Positions 1 through 12,124 of a stretch of DNA of 64,000 nt are shown here, piece by piece. Numbering within the stretch: the stretch's first letter is position 1; each line of letters starts with the position of its first letter. The translations under genes were made by a program, and so were the position numbers. The notes beneath the pieces were generated by a model. The model had not been told where the DNA came from. It saw only the letters and a list, made by a program, of their open reading frames with translations, and did not search any database. Source of the stretch: Glaucostegus cemiculus (Eukaryota); contig CDPCPM010000029.1 in NCBI GenBank assembly GCA_976551045.1, positions 5,084,001 to 5,148,000 on the forward strand, written 5' to 3'.

Positions 1-840
1 GCAACCACTCTGCCTTCTGCATGCCAGCCAATTCTGGATCCACAAAGCAATGTCCCCTTGGATCCCATGCCTCCTTACTTTCTCAATAGGCCTTGCATGG
101 GGTACCTTATCAAATGCCTTGCTGAAATTCATAAACACTACATCTACTGCTCTCCCTTCATCGATGTGTTTAGTCACATTCTCAAAAAATTCAATCAGGC
201 TCATAAGGCAGGACATGCCCTTGACAAATCCATGCTGACTATTCCTAATCATATTATACCTCTCCAAATGTTCATAAATCCTGCCACTCTAACAACTTAC
301 CAACCACTGAAGTAGGACTCGCTGGTCTATAATTTCCTGGGCTATCTCTACTCCTTTTCTTGAATAAGGGAACAGCATTCGCAACCCTCCAATTCTCCAG
401 AACCCCTCCTGTCTCCATTGATGATGCAAAGACCATTGTCAGAGGCTCCACAATCTCCTCCCTTGCCTCCCACAAATAGCCTGGGGTACATCACATCTGG
501 TCCCGGCGATGTATTCAACTTGATGCTTTCCAAAAGTTCCAGCACACACTCTCTTAATATTTACATGCTCAAGCCTTTCAGCCTGCTGCAAGTCCTCACT
601 ACAATCATCAAGACCTTTTCCCATACTGAACACCAATGTAAGGATTCATTAAGTACCTCTGATATTTCTTCCAGATCCATACACACTTTCCCACTGTTGC
701 ACTTGACAGGTCCTATTCTTTTGCATCTTATCCTCTTGCTCTTCACATACTTGTAGAATGTGCCTTGAGGTTTTCCTTAATCTTGCCCAAGATCTTCTCA
801 TGTCCCCTTCTGGCTCTCCTAATTTCCTTCTTAAGATTAC
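1..840 (-). mobile_element. CR1/HER1-type LINE ORF2 fragment (pre-RT and RT N-terminus), frameshifted
   Basis: Minus-strand frames give KLNTSPGPDVMYPRL, WEAREEIVEPLTM...WRVANAVPLFKK...PGNYRPASPTSVVGKLLE. These are homologous to the better-preserved copy at 38520-40181. Confidence 0.93.
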
Positions 841-1239
841 CTTCTTTTTCCAAGCATTTATGTTACTAACTGGAGAGCAAGTTCTATGTCTGCATGTATC
901 TAGTATTACACAGATTTCATATCTCTTCCACTCTCCTCCTTCTTTCCCACCCCTGCCCACCCATACCCTTCCCCATTTACCTTTCTGCTGTCTCCCTTTT
1001 TCCTCATTGAAGCAGGAGGATAACATATCCAATGAAACAGGTCCCAAACAATTGAGTTCTGCCTGTTGGGAACTGATTTACAGAAATTATTGGAAATACA
1101 TCCAAAGGTTCCCAAGTGAAGATGGGAAAGAGTGGTAGAAATTCATAGGAAAGAAGTGAAAAACAAGTGAAGATCTGGCAAGTGAAGGATAATCTGAGAA
1201 GTGTGAAACTGAACTTTTTGGTTGGAAAAATAAAAGTGG

Positions 1240-1480
1240 TGTAGCGACCCACGCTACCAGTGGCCTAAACGTCACTGGTGGACGTGGGGAAACATGCGAG
1301 TCCACGTGGTAACGTTGGGAGGTGTGGATTTCTGGCAGGAGGATGATGTCACTTCCGCCAGCCATGCATGTTTTCCCGTAGATCTGCATGCACACGTTTT
1401 TTGTGTTGAATAACAAAGCATGCTTAATTGAGTCACCGCATCTTTGAGTCTTTCCGAGCCACGTTTCATGGACAACTACA
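1240..1480 (+). repeat. 5' LTR
   Basis: Runs TGTAGCGACC...CAACTACA; direct repeat of 5153-5386 (about 80% identical by manual alignment, mostly transitions). Confidence 0.95.
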
Positions 1481-1481
1481 T

Positions 1482-1495
1482 TGGTGACCCCGACG
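1482..1495 (+). promoter_or_regulatory. Primer-binding site complementary to tRNA-Trp 3' end
   Basis: TGGTGACCCCGACG one base after the LTR; matches the first 14 nt of the known tRNA-Trp PBS (TGGTGACCCCGACGTGAT). Confidence 0.9.
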
Positions 1496-1517
1496 ATTCC
1501 AGACACCATCTGGAATC

Positions 1518-2165
1518 ATGAATACTGACTCCCACAATGCCGTTGTGCTCAAGCTCCCGGCTTTCTGGACCACAGAGCCTCGTCTGGTTTGAACAGGCCA
1601 AGGCCCAGTTCAGCGTCAGGGGCATCGAAGCCAACACCACAAAGTATTACCACAGGAAACGGCCGGTCGCATCATCGATTTCCTGCACCAGCCACCGACG
1701 GAGGACAGGTACGCCCAAATCAAGGCTCTCCTCATCCAACTGAGCCACAAAGCTCCTCCACATGGACGGCCTAGGCGACCACAAGCCCTCTGAATTAATG
1801 AACGACATGCTGGCACTCATGGACGGCCATCAGCTGTGCTTCCTGTTCCAGCAACTATTCCTCGAGCAACTCCCAGACAATACGCGCCCCCCCTTCACTG
1901 GCGGGGATTTCATGACATGCTCACCCTCGCGGCCAGAGCAGACATTATTTGGTGCAGTCGGTGGTGAGGAGTGGCCTCTGCCTGTGTAGCGGCTGCCTTG
2001 CAGCCCCAGACCAAGGCCCCGAAATCCAAACCATCTGGGCCAGCTGAGGACAAAGGCAAGGGCCCAGAGCAGTGGTGTTTCTACCACAAGAGGTGGGGGA
2101 TGAATGCATGCCACTGCCAACCGCTATGCTCTTACTCGGGAAACACCGAGGCCGGCCGTCGCTAG
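1518..2165 (+). pseudogene. gag: Gypsy gag (frameshifted) with CHCC knuckle
   Basis: MNTDSHNAVVLKLPAFWTTEP / VWFEQAKAQFSVRGIEANTTKYYH / LGDHKPSELMNDMLAL / FLFQQLFLEQLP / WCFYHKRWGMNACHCQPLC (Cx2Hx9Cx3C) spread over several frames; stop TAG at 2163-2165. Confidence 0.88.
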
Positions 2166-2183
2166 TGGCTTCGACGGCTGGCC
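2138..2183 (+). promoter_or_regulatory. -1 programmed ribosomal frameshift signal (gag-pol)
   Basis: Slippery heptamer G GGA AAC at 2138-2144 in gag register, a 5-nt spacer, then a 12-bp stem GGCCGGCCGTCG/CGACGGCTGGCC (2150-2161/2172-2183). Pol is in the -1 frame. Confidence 0.85.
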
Positions 2184-5060
2184 AGCGAGACAGCCTACTC
2201 TTCGTTTGGGACCAGCTCACTGGGCGGCGTTTCCTGGTGGATACGGGGGCCGAAATCAGCGTCCTTCCCCCCTCCAACATGGATACCCGCAACACGGTCA
2301 AAGGCCATGAACTCACCACAGCGAACTGCTCTACCATCCGCACCTATGGCCCGCGAACCATTCCGCTACACTTTGGGACCAGTTCATTTACTGAGACCTT
2401 TACAGTAGCAGCGGTATCGCAGCCACTGCTAGGGGCAGATTTCCTGCACGCCATCTGCTTGCTGGTCAATCTGAAGGGCCGGTGTCTGGTCCATGCAGAG
2501 ACTTTCCAGAGCCACCAGCTCAGGAAGGCCCGGTCACCTGCCCCCCACCTTGACTCAGTTGCACTCTCCAACAACGAGTTTGCTAAGGTGCTGGCAGAGT
2601 TTCCTTCCATCATCACCCCGCAATTCTCTGCTGCAACCCCCAAGCACAGCATGCAGCACCACATCACCACACAGGGACCACTGCTGCACCTTCAGGCTCC
2701 CACCCAACAAGCTCCACCTCACCAAGGAGGAGTTTCGGAAGATGGAGGAGTTGGGTATCATCCACTGTTCCGACAGCCCATGGCATCTCTGCTCTACATG
2801 GTGCCCAAAGCAGCAGGGGGCTGGAGACCCTGTGGAGACTACAGGAGGGTCAATGATGCCACCACCACTGACAGGTACCCTGTGCCCCATATCCAGGACT
2901 TCACGGCGAACCTCCACAGGGCAACCATTTTCTCTAAGATCGACCTGGTCCGGGGATACCATCAGATCCCCGTGCACCCTGACGACGTGCCCAAAACAGC
3001 TCTCTTCACCCCCTTTGGGCCGTTCGAGTTCCTATGAACACCACCCAGACTTTTCAAAGGCTAATGGATTCGGTGAGCAGAGGCCTCGATTTCGCATTTG
3101 TGTACCTGGATGACATCCTGGTAGCCAGCAAGTCATGCAAGGAGCATTCAGCCCATCTCCGTCAGCTCTGCCAGCACCTGAGCGACCACGGGTTGGTGAC
3201 CAACCCGGCAAAGTGCCAGTTCAGGCTGCGGGAGATAGACTTCTTGAGCCACAGGGTGAACCAGCATGGCACCGCCCCGCTACCAGACAAGGTACAAGCC
3301 ATCCTCCAATTTCCCAAGCCCCACACGGTCAAGGGCCTTCAAGAATTCGTGGGGATGGCGAATTTCTACCACCGTGCAGCAGCACGCATCATGCAGCCCT
3401 TGTTCAGACCAATGGGCGGCAAGGCCAAGGATGTTGTTTGCGATGCAGAGGCCTCGGCAGCATTCGCTCAGACTAAGGAGGCACTGGCCAAGGCAACACT
3501 CCTGGTGCATCCAACAGTCGACGTCCCCACAGCGCTCACTGTTGACACTTCCGACATGGCAGTCGGTGGGGTGTTGGAACAACTCGTTGAGGGTCAGTGG
3601 AGACCTCTCGCCTTTTTCAGCCGAAATTTGCAGCTGCCAGAGGTCAGGTACAGCTTTTTCGACAGGGAGCTGCTGGCGCTTTACCTGGCTGTCTGCCGTT
3701 TCTGCTATTTCCTTGAAGGAGGGCACTTTACCGTCTACACAGACCACAAGCCCCTCACGTTCACCCTGGCAAAGACGTCGGACCCATGGTCGGCCTGGCA
3801 CAATGACACCTCTCCTTCATTTCGGAGCTTACTATGGACGTCTGCCACATCGCCGGGAAGAACAACATGGTCATCAACACACTGTTCCCCCCACCACGTC
3901 CATTTAGTGACCACCCTAGCCACAGGGGTCGACTACACTGCGCTAGCACGAGCGCGGCAGGCAGATGACAAGATCCCGGCATACTGCACCACAATCTCGG
4001 GACTCCGGCTGGAAGACATCCCTGTTGGCCCTATGGCAACCCGGCTCCTGTGCGACATGTCTACGGGCAGACTCCGGCCGGTGGTGCCCGCAACGTGGAG
4101 ATGATGGGCTTTCGACGCCCTGCACAACCTAGCCCACCCATCCATCAGGGCGACTATCAGGATGGTGGCGGAAAAATTCATCTGGCATGGTCTGCGCAAG
4201 CAGGTGGGGCACTGGGCCAGAACCTGCGTGCACTGTCAGACGGCCAAGGTCCAGCGGCACGTGAAGGCTCCCCTCCAGCATTTTTAACCAACGTTCGGCA
4301 GGTTCCAGCACATTCACGTGGACATCGCCGGACCGCTGCCAGTGTCCTGGGGCACCAGGTACATTTTCACCGTGGTAGACAGGTTTACTAGGTAGCCAGA
4401 GGTAGTGCCACTGGCAGACACGTCCACTGCATCCTGTGCCAGGGCCCTCATTGCCCACTGGATCATCCGGTTCCCCAGCAGACGTTACCTCTGACCGGGG
4501 GGCGCAGTTCATATCCCGCTTATGGACGGCGCTGGCACAGCTCCTGGGTTCCCAACTGCATCACACCACAGCGCACCACCCGCAGGCCAATGGTCTGGTG
4601 AAGCGTTTCCACCGGCACCTCAAGTCAGCTCTAATGGCTCGCCTGCAGGAGCCTAACTCCCCTACGTCCTGCTGGGCATCCGTACAGCCCCCAAAGAAGA
4701 TTTGGGCACCTCCTCAGCCGAGCTGGTCTACGGCTTCCCCCACACAGTACCGGGAAAGTTCATACCAGGGGCCCAAGACCCAGCAGGGACCCCGGCAGAG
4801 GTGTTGGCGAAGCTGCAGGTGAGGATATTGGCACCGACCCCGACCTCCAGGCATGGCACAACGCCTTCTTTCATTCCGAAGGACCTTCAGGGCTGTGAGT
4901 ACATTTTCATCCACAGGGGAGCATACAAGTCGCTTCTGTAGAAGCCGTACAAGGGGCTTTTCCGGGTGGTCCGGCGCAACGGTTCGACATATGTCAGAGG
5001 TTGGGGGTCGTGAGGAGACTTTCATGGTAGACTGCCTAAAGCCGGCAAATCTGGACATTA
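2138..5060 (+). pseudogene. pol: Gypsy pol (protease, RT, RNase H, integrase), with several frameshifts and stops
   Basis: Protease FLVDTGAEIS; RT GWRPCGDYRRVN, IDLVRGYHQIPV, FVYLDDILV; RNase H DTSD...ELLA...TDHKPL; integrase zinc-finger HNLAH...CVHC, core HVDIAGPLP, SDRGAQF, HPQANGLV; GPY/F-like KPYKG. Confidence 0.95.
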
Positions 5061-5141
5061 CGCACCCAGAGTGCCTTCGTTATGCAGACAGGACAGATGG
5101 ACATTCAGGACGATGGCCCCACGCCTCCACTAGGCGTTTCT

Positions 5142-5152
5142 GGGAGGGGTGG
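5142..5152 (+). promoter_or_regulatory. Polypurine tract
   Basis: GGGAGGGGTGG directly abuts the 3' LTR. Confidence 0.8.
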
Positions 5153-5386
5153 TGTAGCGACCTGAGCTACCGGTGGCCGAAACACTGTCAGCAGACGCGG
5201 GGAAATGCGCGAGACTGCTCGGTAACGTTGGGAGGCAGGATTTCAGGCGGGAGGATGATGTCACTTCCGCTGGCCATGATTTTCAGTAGTTCTGCGCGCA
5301 CGCGTTTTGTGTTGAATAATAAAGCGTGCTTAATTAAGTCACCGCATCTTCAAGTCTTTCCAAGCCGCTTTTCACAGGCAACTACA
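5153..5386 (+). repeat. 3' LTR
   Basis: Runs TGTAGCGACC...CAACTACA; contains AATAAA. Confidence 0.95.
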
Positions 5387-6400
5387 GTAGCATATTATTT
5401 AAATGGTAAGAAGTTGTTGAACTCTGAAATGCAGAAAGATCTAGGTGTCCTAGAGCATGATTTGCAAAAGGCTGGCATACTGGTACAACAAGTAATTAGG
5501 AAAACTAACCAAGTGCTTTTGTTAATTGTTAGGGGGATTGAATACAAATGTTAGAGAGTTTGCATCAGTTGTATGGAGCATTAGTAAGACCATATCTGGA
5601 GAATTGTGTACATTATTGATCTCCTTGTTTAAGCAAGGGTGTTAATTCTTAGGAAGCAGCTCAGAAAAGGTTCACTGGTCTAAAACCTGAAATGGGTGGG
5701 TTGTTTAATGAAAAGGGCTGGACAGACTGGGATTGTATCCACTGAAGTTTAGAAAAGTAAAAGAAAGAATGAAACAGGTAGGATCCTAATTTGGATGTGG
5801 AGAGGATATTTCCTCTTGTAGGACAATGCAGAACTAGTTTAAAAATAACTAGTTTAAAAATTATTTTAAAATAATCTACCCATTTTAGACTGAGATGAGG
5901 TAGTTTTTTTCCTCTCACAAAAGGTCATGAGAATTTGGAATTCTCTTCATTAGGTGGTGGAAGCAGTGTCTTTGAGTAGTTTTAAAATAGAGGAAGATAA
6001 ATACATAATAAGCAAGGAGGTGAAAGGTTATTGTGGACAGACAGAAATAAGGAATTGTGGTTACAGTCATATCAGCCTTGATCTTACTAAATTGGTTTAT
6101 TATTCTCACATGTACTGAGGTACAGTGAGAAACTTGCCTTGAGATCACACAAGGTAAAACAATAACAGAGTGCAGAATAAAGTGTTACATTCACAGAGAA
6201 AGTGCTGTGCAGGTAGACAATAAGATACAAGGCCATAACAAGGTACACTGTAAGCTCAAGAGTCCATCTTATTATACTCAACCCTCTCAAACTCAGCACC
6301 ATTGATGTAAACAGGAGTATGTGCATTACTAAAGCATTAGTAAATGGCAGAGCAGGATTCTGGGGGTGAAGAGGCCCACTCCTGCTGCTCATTCATGTGT
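5387..6400 (+). mobile_element. Old CR1 LINE 3' portion (continues from about 1130-1239, split by the Gypsy; tail split by a Rex1 fragment)
   Basis: YYLNGKKLLNSEMQKDLGVL...VIRKTNQVL...RGIEYK; CR1-type tail atcagccttgatc...aatggcagagcagg...cctgctgctc. Confidence 0.85.
6090..6285 (-). mobile_element. Rex1/Babar LINE 3' UTR fragment
   Basis: attggtttattattctcacatgtactgaggtacagtga... matches the 3' ends of the Rex1 copies at 26590 and 28603. Confidence 0.8.
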
Positions 6401-6739
6401 TTTTATAATACTAAAGAACTTCAAAAAGGACCAACAATAAATAATGAAAAAATTAACAAAGCTAATGGAATGTTAAACTACTTAGACCAATAAAATACAC
6501 ATCAGAAGACAGGATTAATCTCATGGTTTGGTCACACCTTTAGTACTGCATCCAGTTCTCAGAGCTGCTGTACCTTAGTGAGGTCTCAAAACACTGTTCT
6601 GTCAGCTGTCCTTGTTAAGGAGAAAGGCAGAAGAGGCTCAAACATTTCAGAGAATTCAGAGCATGAAACAAATAAATCAGAAATATTGCTATAAGTTACT
6701 TTAAGATGAAGAGGTACCTTTTCAATAACAAAAAGAGAA

Positions 6740-7410
6740 CCCACATTTATGTAGCATCATTTACAACTTCATACAGTACTTCTGAAGAGTAGCCACCAAT
6801 GGAATATAGGAAATGTGACAGCTAATTTTGTCACAATGTTGATTGAAGAGCAAGCTCACAGAGAACCCAAATGCAGCACACTGGTACAAGACTGGAGTCA
6901 GACTACTTCCTCAGGACCAAACACAGGCAGCAACCGGAAGGAATCTTGCCTAAGAGATCTTAGCAGTAATCCCAACACAAACTGAATCTTCAAGGACTAG
7001 AGAACACAGGCCTGCTCTAGAGTAGACCACACTAAGCAGCAAGGAGCCAAAGTATACCCAAAGATTGACCAATCCTCTGGCAACTAGTGCTCGAGAAACC
7101 CAGGTACTTATGCTAGGCCCCTGATGGGGCTCAGGTGTGTGTCATTGTGCAATCAGTCCAGCATGGAATCCATGTGCTGTACAACGAGGCATCTAAGGAA
7201 CCAAATCAAGGGCCAGTACTCAGAATCATGACAAATTTGTAATATGGAAGGTTTCCAAAACACCAATATTACAAATGAACAGATCATCCATTTTTAAGAT
7301 ACTGATGAAACTTCCCTTGCCATTCTTTGTTTGATGCTATGGTATCCTCTTTATCCAGCTGAGAATTACTGTAGCCCAGCTTATTGTCTCATCCAAAAGA
7401 CAGCTCCATT
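6740..7410 (-). mobile_element. Deu-type (SacSINE1-like) SINE relic, interrupted by a solo LTR
   Basis: catttatgtagc...tacttctgaagagtagccac...ggaaatgtgacagctaattt|...gtctcatccaaaagacagc; similar to the copies at 8010, 18650 and 61790. Confidence 0.65.
6829..7233 (-). mobile_element. Solo LTR (405 bp) with 5-bp TSD
   Basis: Termini TGTCA...TGACA with AATTT on both flanks (6824-6828, 7234-7238); the host SINE resumes after it. Strand is inferred from a TATA-like cataagtacctg on the minus strand. Confidence 0.82.
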
Positions 7411-7594
7411 AAAACAAAATGCTATTAAGCAATGGCTGAACTTAAGCAACAATGATTATGTTTTGTAAAATATGTCAATTTTTTTCCCTTGAAGTAAGAT
7501 AGTAATTTTATCAGATAATAAAAATATCAAGTATAATATAATCAGGGAATCAGTTACAATTTCCTCATGCAAAGAATTAAAAATATACAACACA

Positions 7595-7940
7595 GAACAT
7601 AGAACAGTACAGCACAGGAATAGGCCATTCAGCCTGTCTAACTGTGTGGATGATGATGCCTAATCCCATCTGCCTGCACGTGGTCCATTATCCTTCTATT
7701 CCCTGGCCTGCTCATGTGGCTGCCTAAATGCCTCTTAAACATTGCTATCAGACCTGCTTCCACCACCTCCCCTGGCAGCGCATTCCAGGCATCGCCCACT
7801 CTGTGTAAAAAAACTTGCCTCACACATCTCCTTTAAACATCTCCACTTCTCACCTTAAATCTATACCTTCTAATTTCTGACATTTTCGCCCTGGGAAAAA
7901 GATTTTGACTATCTACCCTATCTATGCCTCTCATTATTTC
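7595..7940 (-). mobile_element. HER1/CR1 LINE 3' end
   Basis: RVGDAWNALPGEVVEAGLIAMFKRHL; tail reads gaacatagaacagtacagcacagg on the plus strand. Confidence 0.9.
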
Positions 7941-8009
7941 TCATCAGAGTTGACAACTCTTGAAAAAGTTCAGCATAGTGGGAAATACAATGAAAAAAAC
8001 AAGGAAAGA

Positions 8010-8350
8010 ATGAATTTGAATTATAAATCACTTTCTATGACCTCAGGACATCCTATAGAACTTCACACACTTAAGTATTTTTGATGCATAGTGACAATTG
8101 AATTCCAGGGAATTACAATAGCCAATTTCTGCATAGCAAGACATCACCAACATAAATTAGATTTTAAAAATATGAGGTGCTTTAATGATACTGCTGGAGA
8201 GATATATTAAACAGGACACAAGTTGATCTGTCATACTCTTTTCTTCCCCATATACTCTAAGGATGTTTTACATCCACCTGACAGCAAATGATATTTTGGT
8301 TTAATTCAATTTACCTGCCTGCACAGCAATCCCTTATTACAATGAGGTGC
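8010..8350 (-). mobile_element. Deu-type SINE relic
   Basis: gacctcaggacatcc...aagtatttttga...agccaattt...atgttttacatccacctgac; same family as the copy at 61790. Confidence 0.65.
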
Positions 8351-8684
8351 CACAAAGGCAAAGTGTAGAATGTACCGAATGGTTTCCCTTATCTTAAGAT
8401 CATGAACCAGTTTTTACACTGCTTATTCAGTGGCTGCTGAGATGGATACGACCAAGTGCTTGCCCAACTGAATAAAAATGCGTCGCAGGCAAGAAATCAG
8501 GGTGGTGAGCAGAGGTAGATATTGTATTACAGTAAAATACAGGGGAGAGAACATAAATAACATTGAAGACAGAGCTAAAACCGTTATACATTACATTAAA
8601 GCATTTCAAAATGTCTCAGGTCAAAGACCCTCCATCACAACTAGAAAGGATTGCTGAAAAAGATAGTTTTAAGTTGCAGAGAAA

Positions 8685-9785
8685 GTCATAGAATCATAGA
8701 GTAATAGAGTAATACAGCACAGAAACAGTCCCTTTGGCCCAACTCATCTATGCCGCCCAAAATGTCTGTCTGAGCTAGTCCCATTTACCTGGGTTTGGTT
8801 CATATTCCTCTAAACTTTTCCTATTCATGTACCTGTCTAGTTGTCATTTAAACAGTCTGGTTGTACCTGTCTCTACAGCTTTATCTGGCAGTTCATTCCA
8901 TATGCCCACCAACCCCTGTGTGAAAAAGTTTTCCCTCAGGTCCCTTTTAAATCTTCCTCTCACCTTAAATCTGTGCCTTCCAGTTTTAGACTTCCCTACA
9001 CCAGGAAAGAAAAGACTGTGGTCATCCACCTTATCTATGTCCCTCATGCTTTTATATACCTCTATAAGGCATCCCTCAGCCTCCTACTCCAAGAAAGAGT
9101 CCCAGCCTATTCAAACTCTTCTTATAACTCAAGCCCTCCAGTCCCAGTAACATCCTTGTGAACCTTTCCAGCTTACTGACATCCTCCTATGGGTGGGCGA
9201 CCAAAACTGCACATAACACTCCAAGTGTGGTCTCAGCAATGACTTATACAGTTGTGACATGATATCACAATTCCGTATTCAATACCTTGAAGGCAAGTGT
9301 GCCAAATGCCTTCTTTACCATCCTGTATGCTGTGTCACCACTTTCAGGAAACCATGTACTTGTACCCCTAGGTCTCTCTGTTCTCCAACACTCTCCAGAG
9401 CCTTGGTTTAACTTACCAAAATGCAACATCTCTCACATGTCAGAGTTAAATTGCACCTGACATTCCTTGGTTCACTTCCCCAGTGCATCTAGATCCTGTT
9501 GTAATCTCAGATAACCTTCTTCACTATCCACTACACCTGCAATTTTGGTGTGATCTGCAAACTTACTAACCATGTTAACGACATTGTCATCCAAAGCCTT
9601 AATATAGAAGACAAACAACAGTGGATCCAGCACTGATCCCTGTGGAACACCACTGGTCACAGGCCTTCAGTCCGAACTAACAATCCTCCACTACCACCCT
9701 CTCTCTCTCCTTCCACCAAGCGAATTTTGTATCCATTTGGCTCACTCACCCTGGATCCCATGAGATCGAATCTTCCAGACCAGCC
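8685..9785 (-). mobile_element. HER1/CR1 LINE RT C-terminus and 3' end
   Basis: [19 protein letters not shown]...SKFADHTKI...LQQDLD; FFTQGLVGIWNELP; (catagaat)n-type tail. Confidence 0.93.
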
Positions 9786-9789
9786 AAGA

Positions 9790-11545
9790 TGGTGGGAGTA
9801 ATGCACAGGACAAAGGGAATGTCTGTGATAGGGTGGGGCCGGGTTGCCGTGGGCAAGAGTTGTGGGAGTCATGCAATCAAATGAGTTAATGGGGGCAGTT
9901 AGAGGGCAATAATGCAGACAAGGAAGCATAATGTGCTACTAATGGCAGGGACAAATCCAGTAGGTCAGACTGTGTGAATGGAGAGAGAAAACTGAGTCGA
10001 TATCACATAGTTAGTTCCAACTGAGAAAGAAAATGTGAATTACTGGAATTCAATACTGAGTTCAGAAGGTTGCAAAGTGCTCCAACAGAAGGTGAGGTAA
10101 TATTCCTCAAATCTTCTTTGAGTCTTGTTAGAACAGAACAGGAACCCACAGACAGATAGCACAGAGCAGGAGTGTGATGGAAAATTAAAGTGGCAGGCAA
10201 CCAGATGTCCACTCCCGCTGACTGAACACAGGAGCTCTGCAAGGCAGTCAACCATTTATTTTCTCCAATATAGTGCAAAACACAGGGCAAACCACATATA
10301 TGCAGTAAACTAGATTGGAAGAAGTGCAAATGGAAGAAGCCACCTGGAAAGACTGTTCAGTTTCTTGGCTGATGGAAAGGGAAAAGGTGAAAGAAAAGGT
10401 GTTGCATTTCCTGCAGTTCCAAATGAAAGTGACGTAAGATAGGGAATGGTTAGTGGAGATGGAAGAGCAGTCACAAAGGGCACAGTCCAGAAGAATCTTG
10501 TGGAAATTGCAAAGGATGACCTATTGAATACAGAGGTTGTCAGGGGGTGGGGGGGGGGGTGCAGGTGAAGACCAGGTGAATTCTTTCCTGACTCTTTCCA
10601 GGAGAGGACATGAGAGAAGAGGGACAAGAATTAGGAGGTGCATCAAGAGCTCTGTCCTGTAGAGGGAAGCCACAGTTCAGGAAGAAGGAAGACATTTCAA
10701 AGGAACTTGTACAGAAAGTCTCGTCATCAGAACAAATACAATGGCAATGGAGGAAATGGGAGAAGGAAATAGAGCCCTGACAGTCGGAAGGCTGACAGTC
10801 AAGATAGCTGTGAGAATCTGTAGGTTTATAATAGATGTTTCTGGATAGCCTCTTCCCTGAGATGCAGTTGGCGAGATCCAGAAAGGGAAGGAAAGATTCA
10901 GAAATGGACCATGCGAGCAAGGTGGAAATTGGCAGCAAAAGTAATGAAATTTTTGAGTTCTACATGAGTGTAGGAAGCAACACCAAGCAGGTATCTATTC
11001 TATGTCTAGAAAAAGGGTTGAGGGAATGGGCTCAAGTAGGACTCAAACAAAGGCTGCCCAATATATTCCACACAAAAAAACACAGGCATAACTTGGGCCC
11101 ATGCATGTACCCATTGCTATTCCCTTGATCTGGAGAAAGTGAGTGGAGTTGTTGTTCAAGGTGAAGATGAGTTTACTAGGTGAATAAATGTTTTGGTGAA
11201 GGGGAACTAGTTGGGCCTTTGTTCAAGGAAGAAGCAGAGGACTCTTCCTGATGTGGGTTGGAGGTATGAAGGGATTTAATACACATGGTAAAGAAGAGCT
11301 TGCTGGGACCATGGAATTGCAAACTGTGAAAGTGGTGGAGGGCATCCAAACTGTCAGGTTTGTAACGTGGGAAGGGACCGGACCAGGGGAAATAGAATGG
11401 CGTCGTGGTGGGAAGAAATAAATTTGATGTGGCAAGAGCAGACTGAAACAATGTGCCTGCCTGGACAATCCTGGTTCAGCTCTTGGACAGGAGGTCAAAG
11501 TGGGCTGTGTGGGACTGGAGCTTTACAAGTTTGGAAACTTTTTCC
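9790..11545 (-). mobile_element. Penelope-like element (RT plus GIY-YIG endonuclease), decayed
   Basis: RT motifs ALHHF..LQFHGP..LFFTM..KSLHTS.PHQE, SIS..FLPFLDL...IYYKPTDSHSYLD, ICSDDETF...EMSSFFLN.GFP; GIY-YIG-like C..C.LHYIGE. Confidence 0.88.
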
Positions 11546-12124
11546 CTGCCTTTTTAGGATGCATACCTCAATGACAATATAGAAATCCAATATCACAAAG
11601 TATGAATAATGGTGATGTCTCACCCTGAAGATCAGTGTGAATATTTTGATTTACATCATCATGAAAGAACACAAGTTCTTTTGATTACAAAATGAAACAG
11701 GTCAAGAACACTGGCTGTCATATCTGGAGCTTTAACTATGCTAAGTAATTGTGCAATCAGAACTGACCAACTGGTTCTCCAGACAAAACCTCCAAAAGAG
11801 AGCTTTGGATCTCCTATGGGATGTTAGCCGTCAACTATGTAGAAAGGTTAAATACACACATCACTGAATAAAAGGTTTACATATTAATTAGCAAAATGCA
11901 CTGTTTATTATTCAGGATACTGTTTCTTCTGGAACATAAAGACTCCTAAACAATATTAGCTGTTTCAAAAGACATGGAGTTGTGGATGACTCCTGACATA
12001 GATTCATTAGAGTGTATTCATCAAAGTATGGTCAACTTTCTACACAGTCTGTGATCATTAAGGTTGTATTCTGCTCCTTTCACTTTCCTTTAACAAGGAA
12101 AACACCATTAAAATGGGATCAAAC

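Larger units (their letters stand above)
1240..5386 (+). mobile_element. Full-length decayed Ty3/Gypsy LTR retrotransposon, CsRn1/Kabuki-like clade
   Basis: Two TG...CA LTRs, PBS, PPT, gag-PR-RT-RH-IN domain order. Flanking 4-mers GTGG (1236-1239) and GTAG (5387-5390) form a near-perfect TSD. Inserted inside a CR1 LINE. Confidence 0.96.

Noticed and set aside
4853-5554. 233-aa ORF as an env-like or chimeric gene
   Set aside because: It reads off-frame through the integrase end, the 3' LTR and into flanking CR1 sequence. No signal peptide or transmembrane pattern; an accidental fusion.
5832-5861. Short tandem duplications (15 bp here; also about 47170-47213, 58525-58565 and 40708-40765)
   Set aside because: Ordinary slippage duplications of two copies with no spacer structure.
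8424-8476. Hairpin TTATTCAGT...ACTGAATAA as a pre-miRNA, or an exon after ttattcag
   Set aside because: Only 9-12 bp pair well, the inner stem is poor, and all three plus-strand frames hit stops.
10543-10560. G-run as a functional G-quadruplex
   Set aside because: It is a homopolymer expansion inside a decayed Penelope element.
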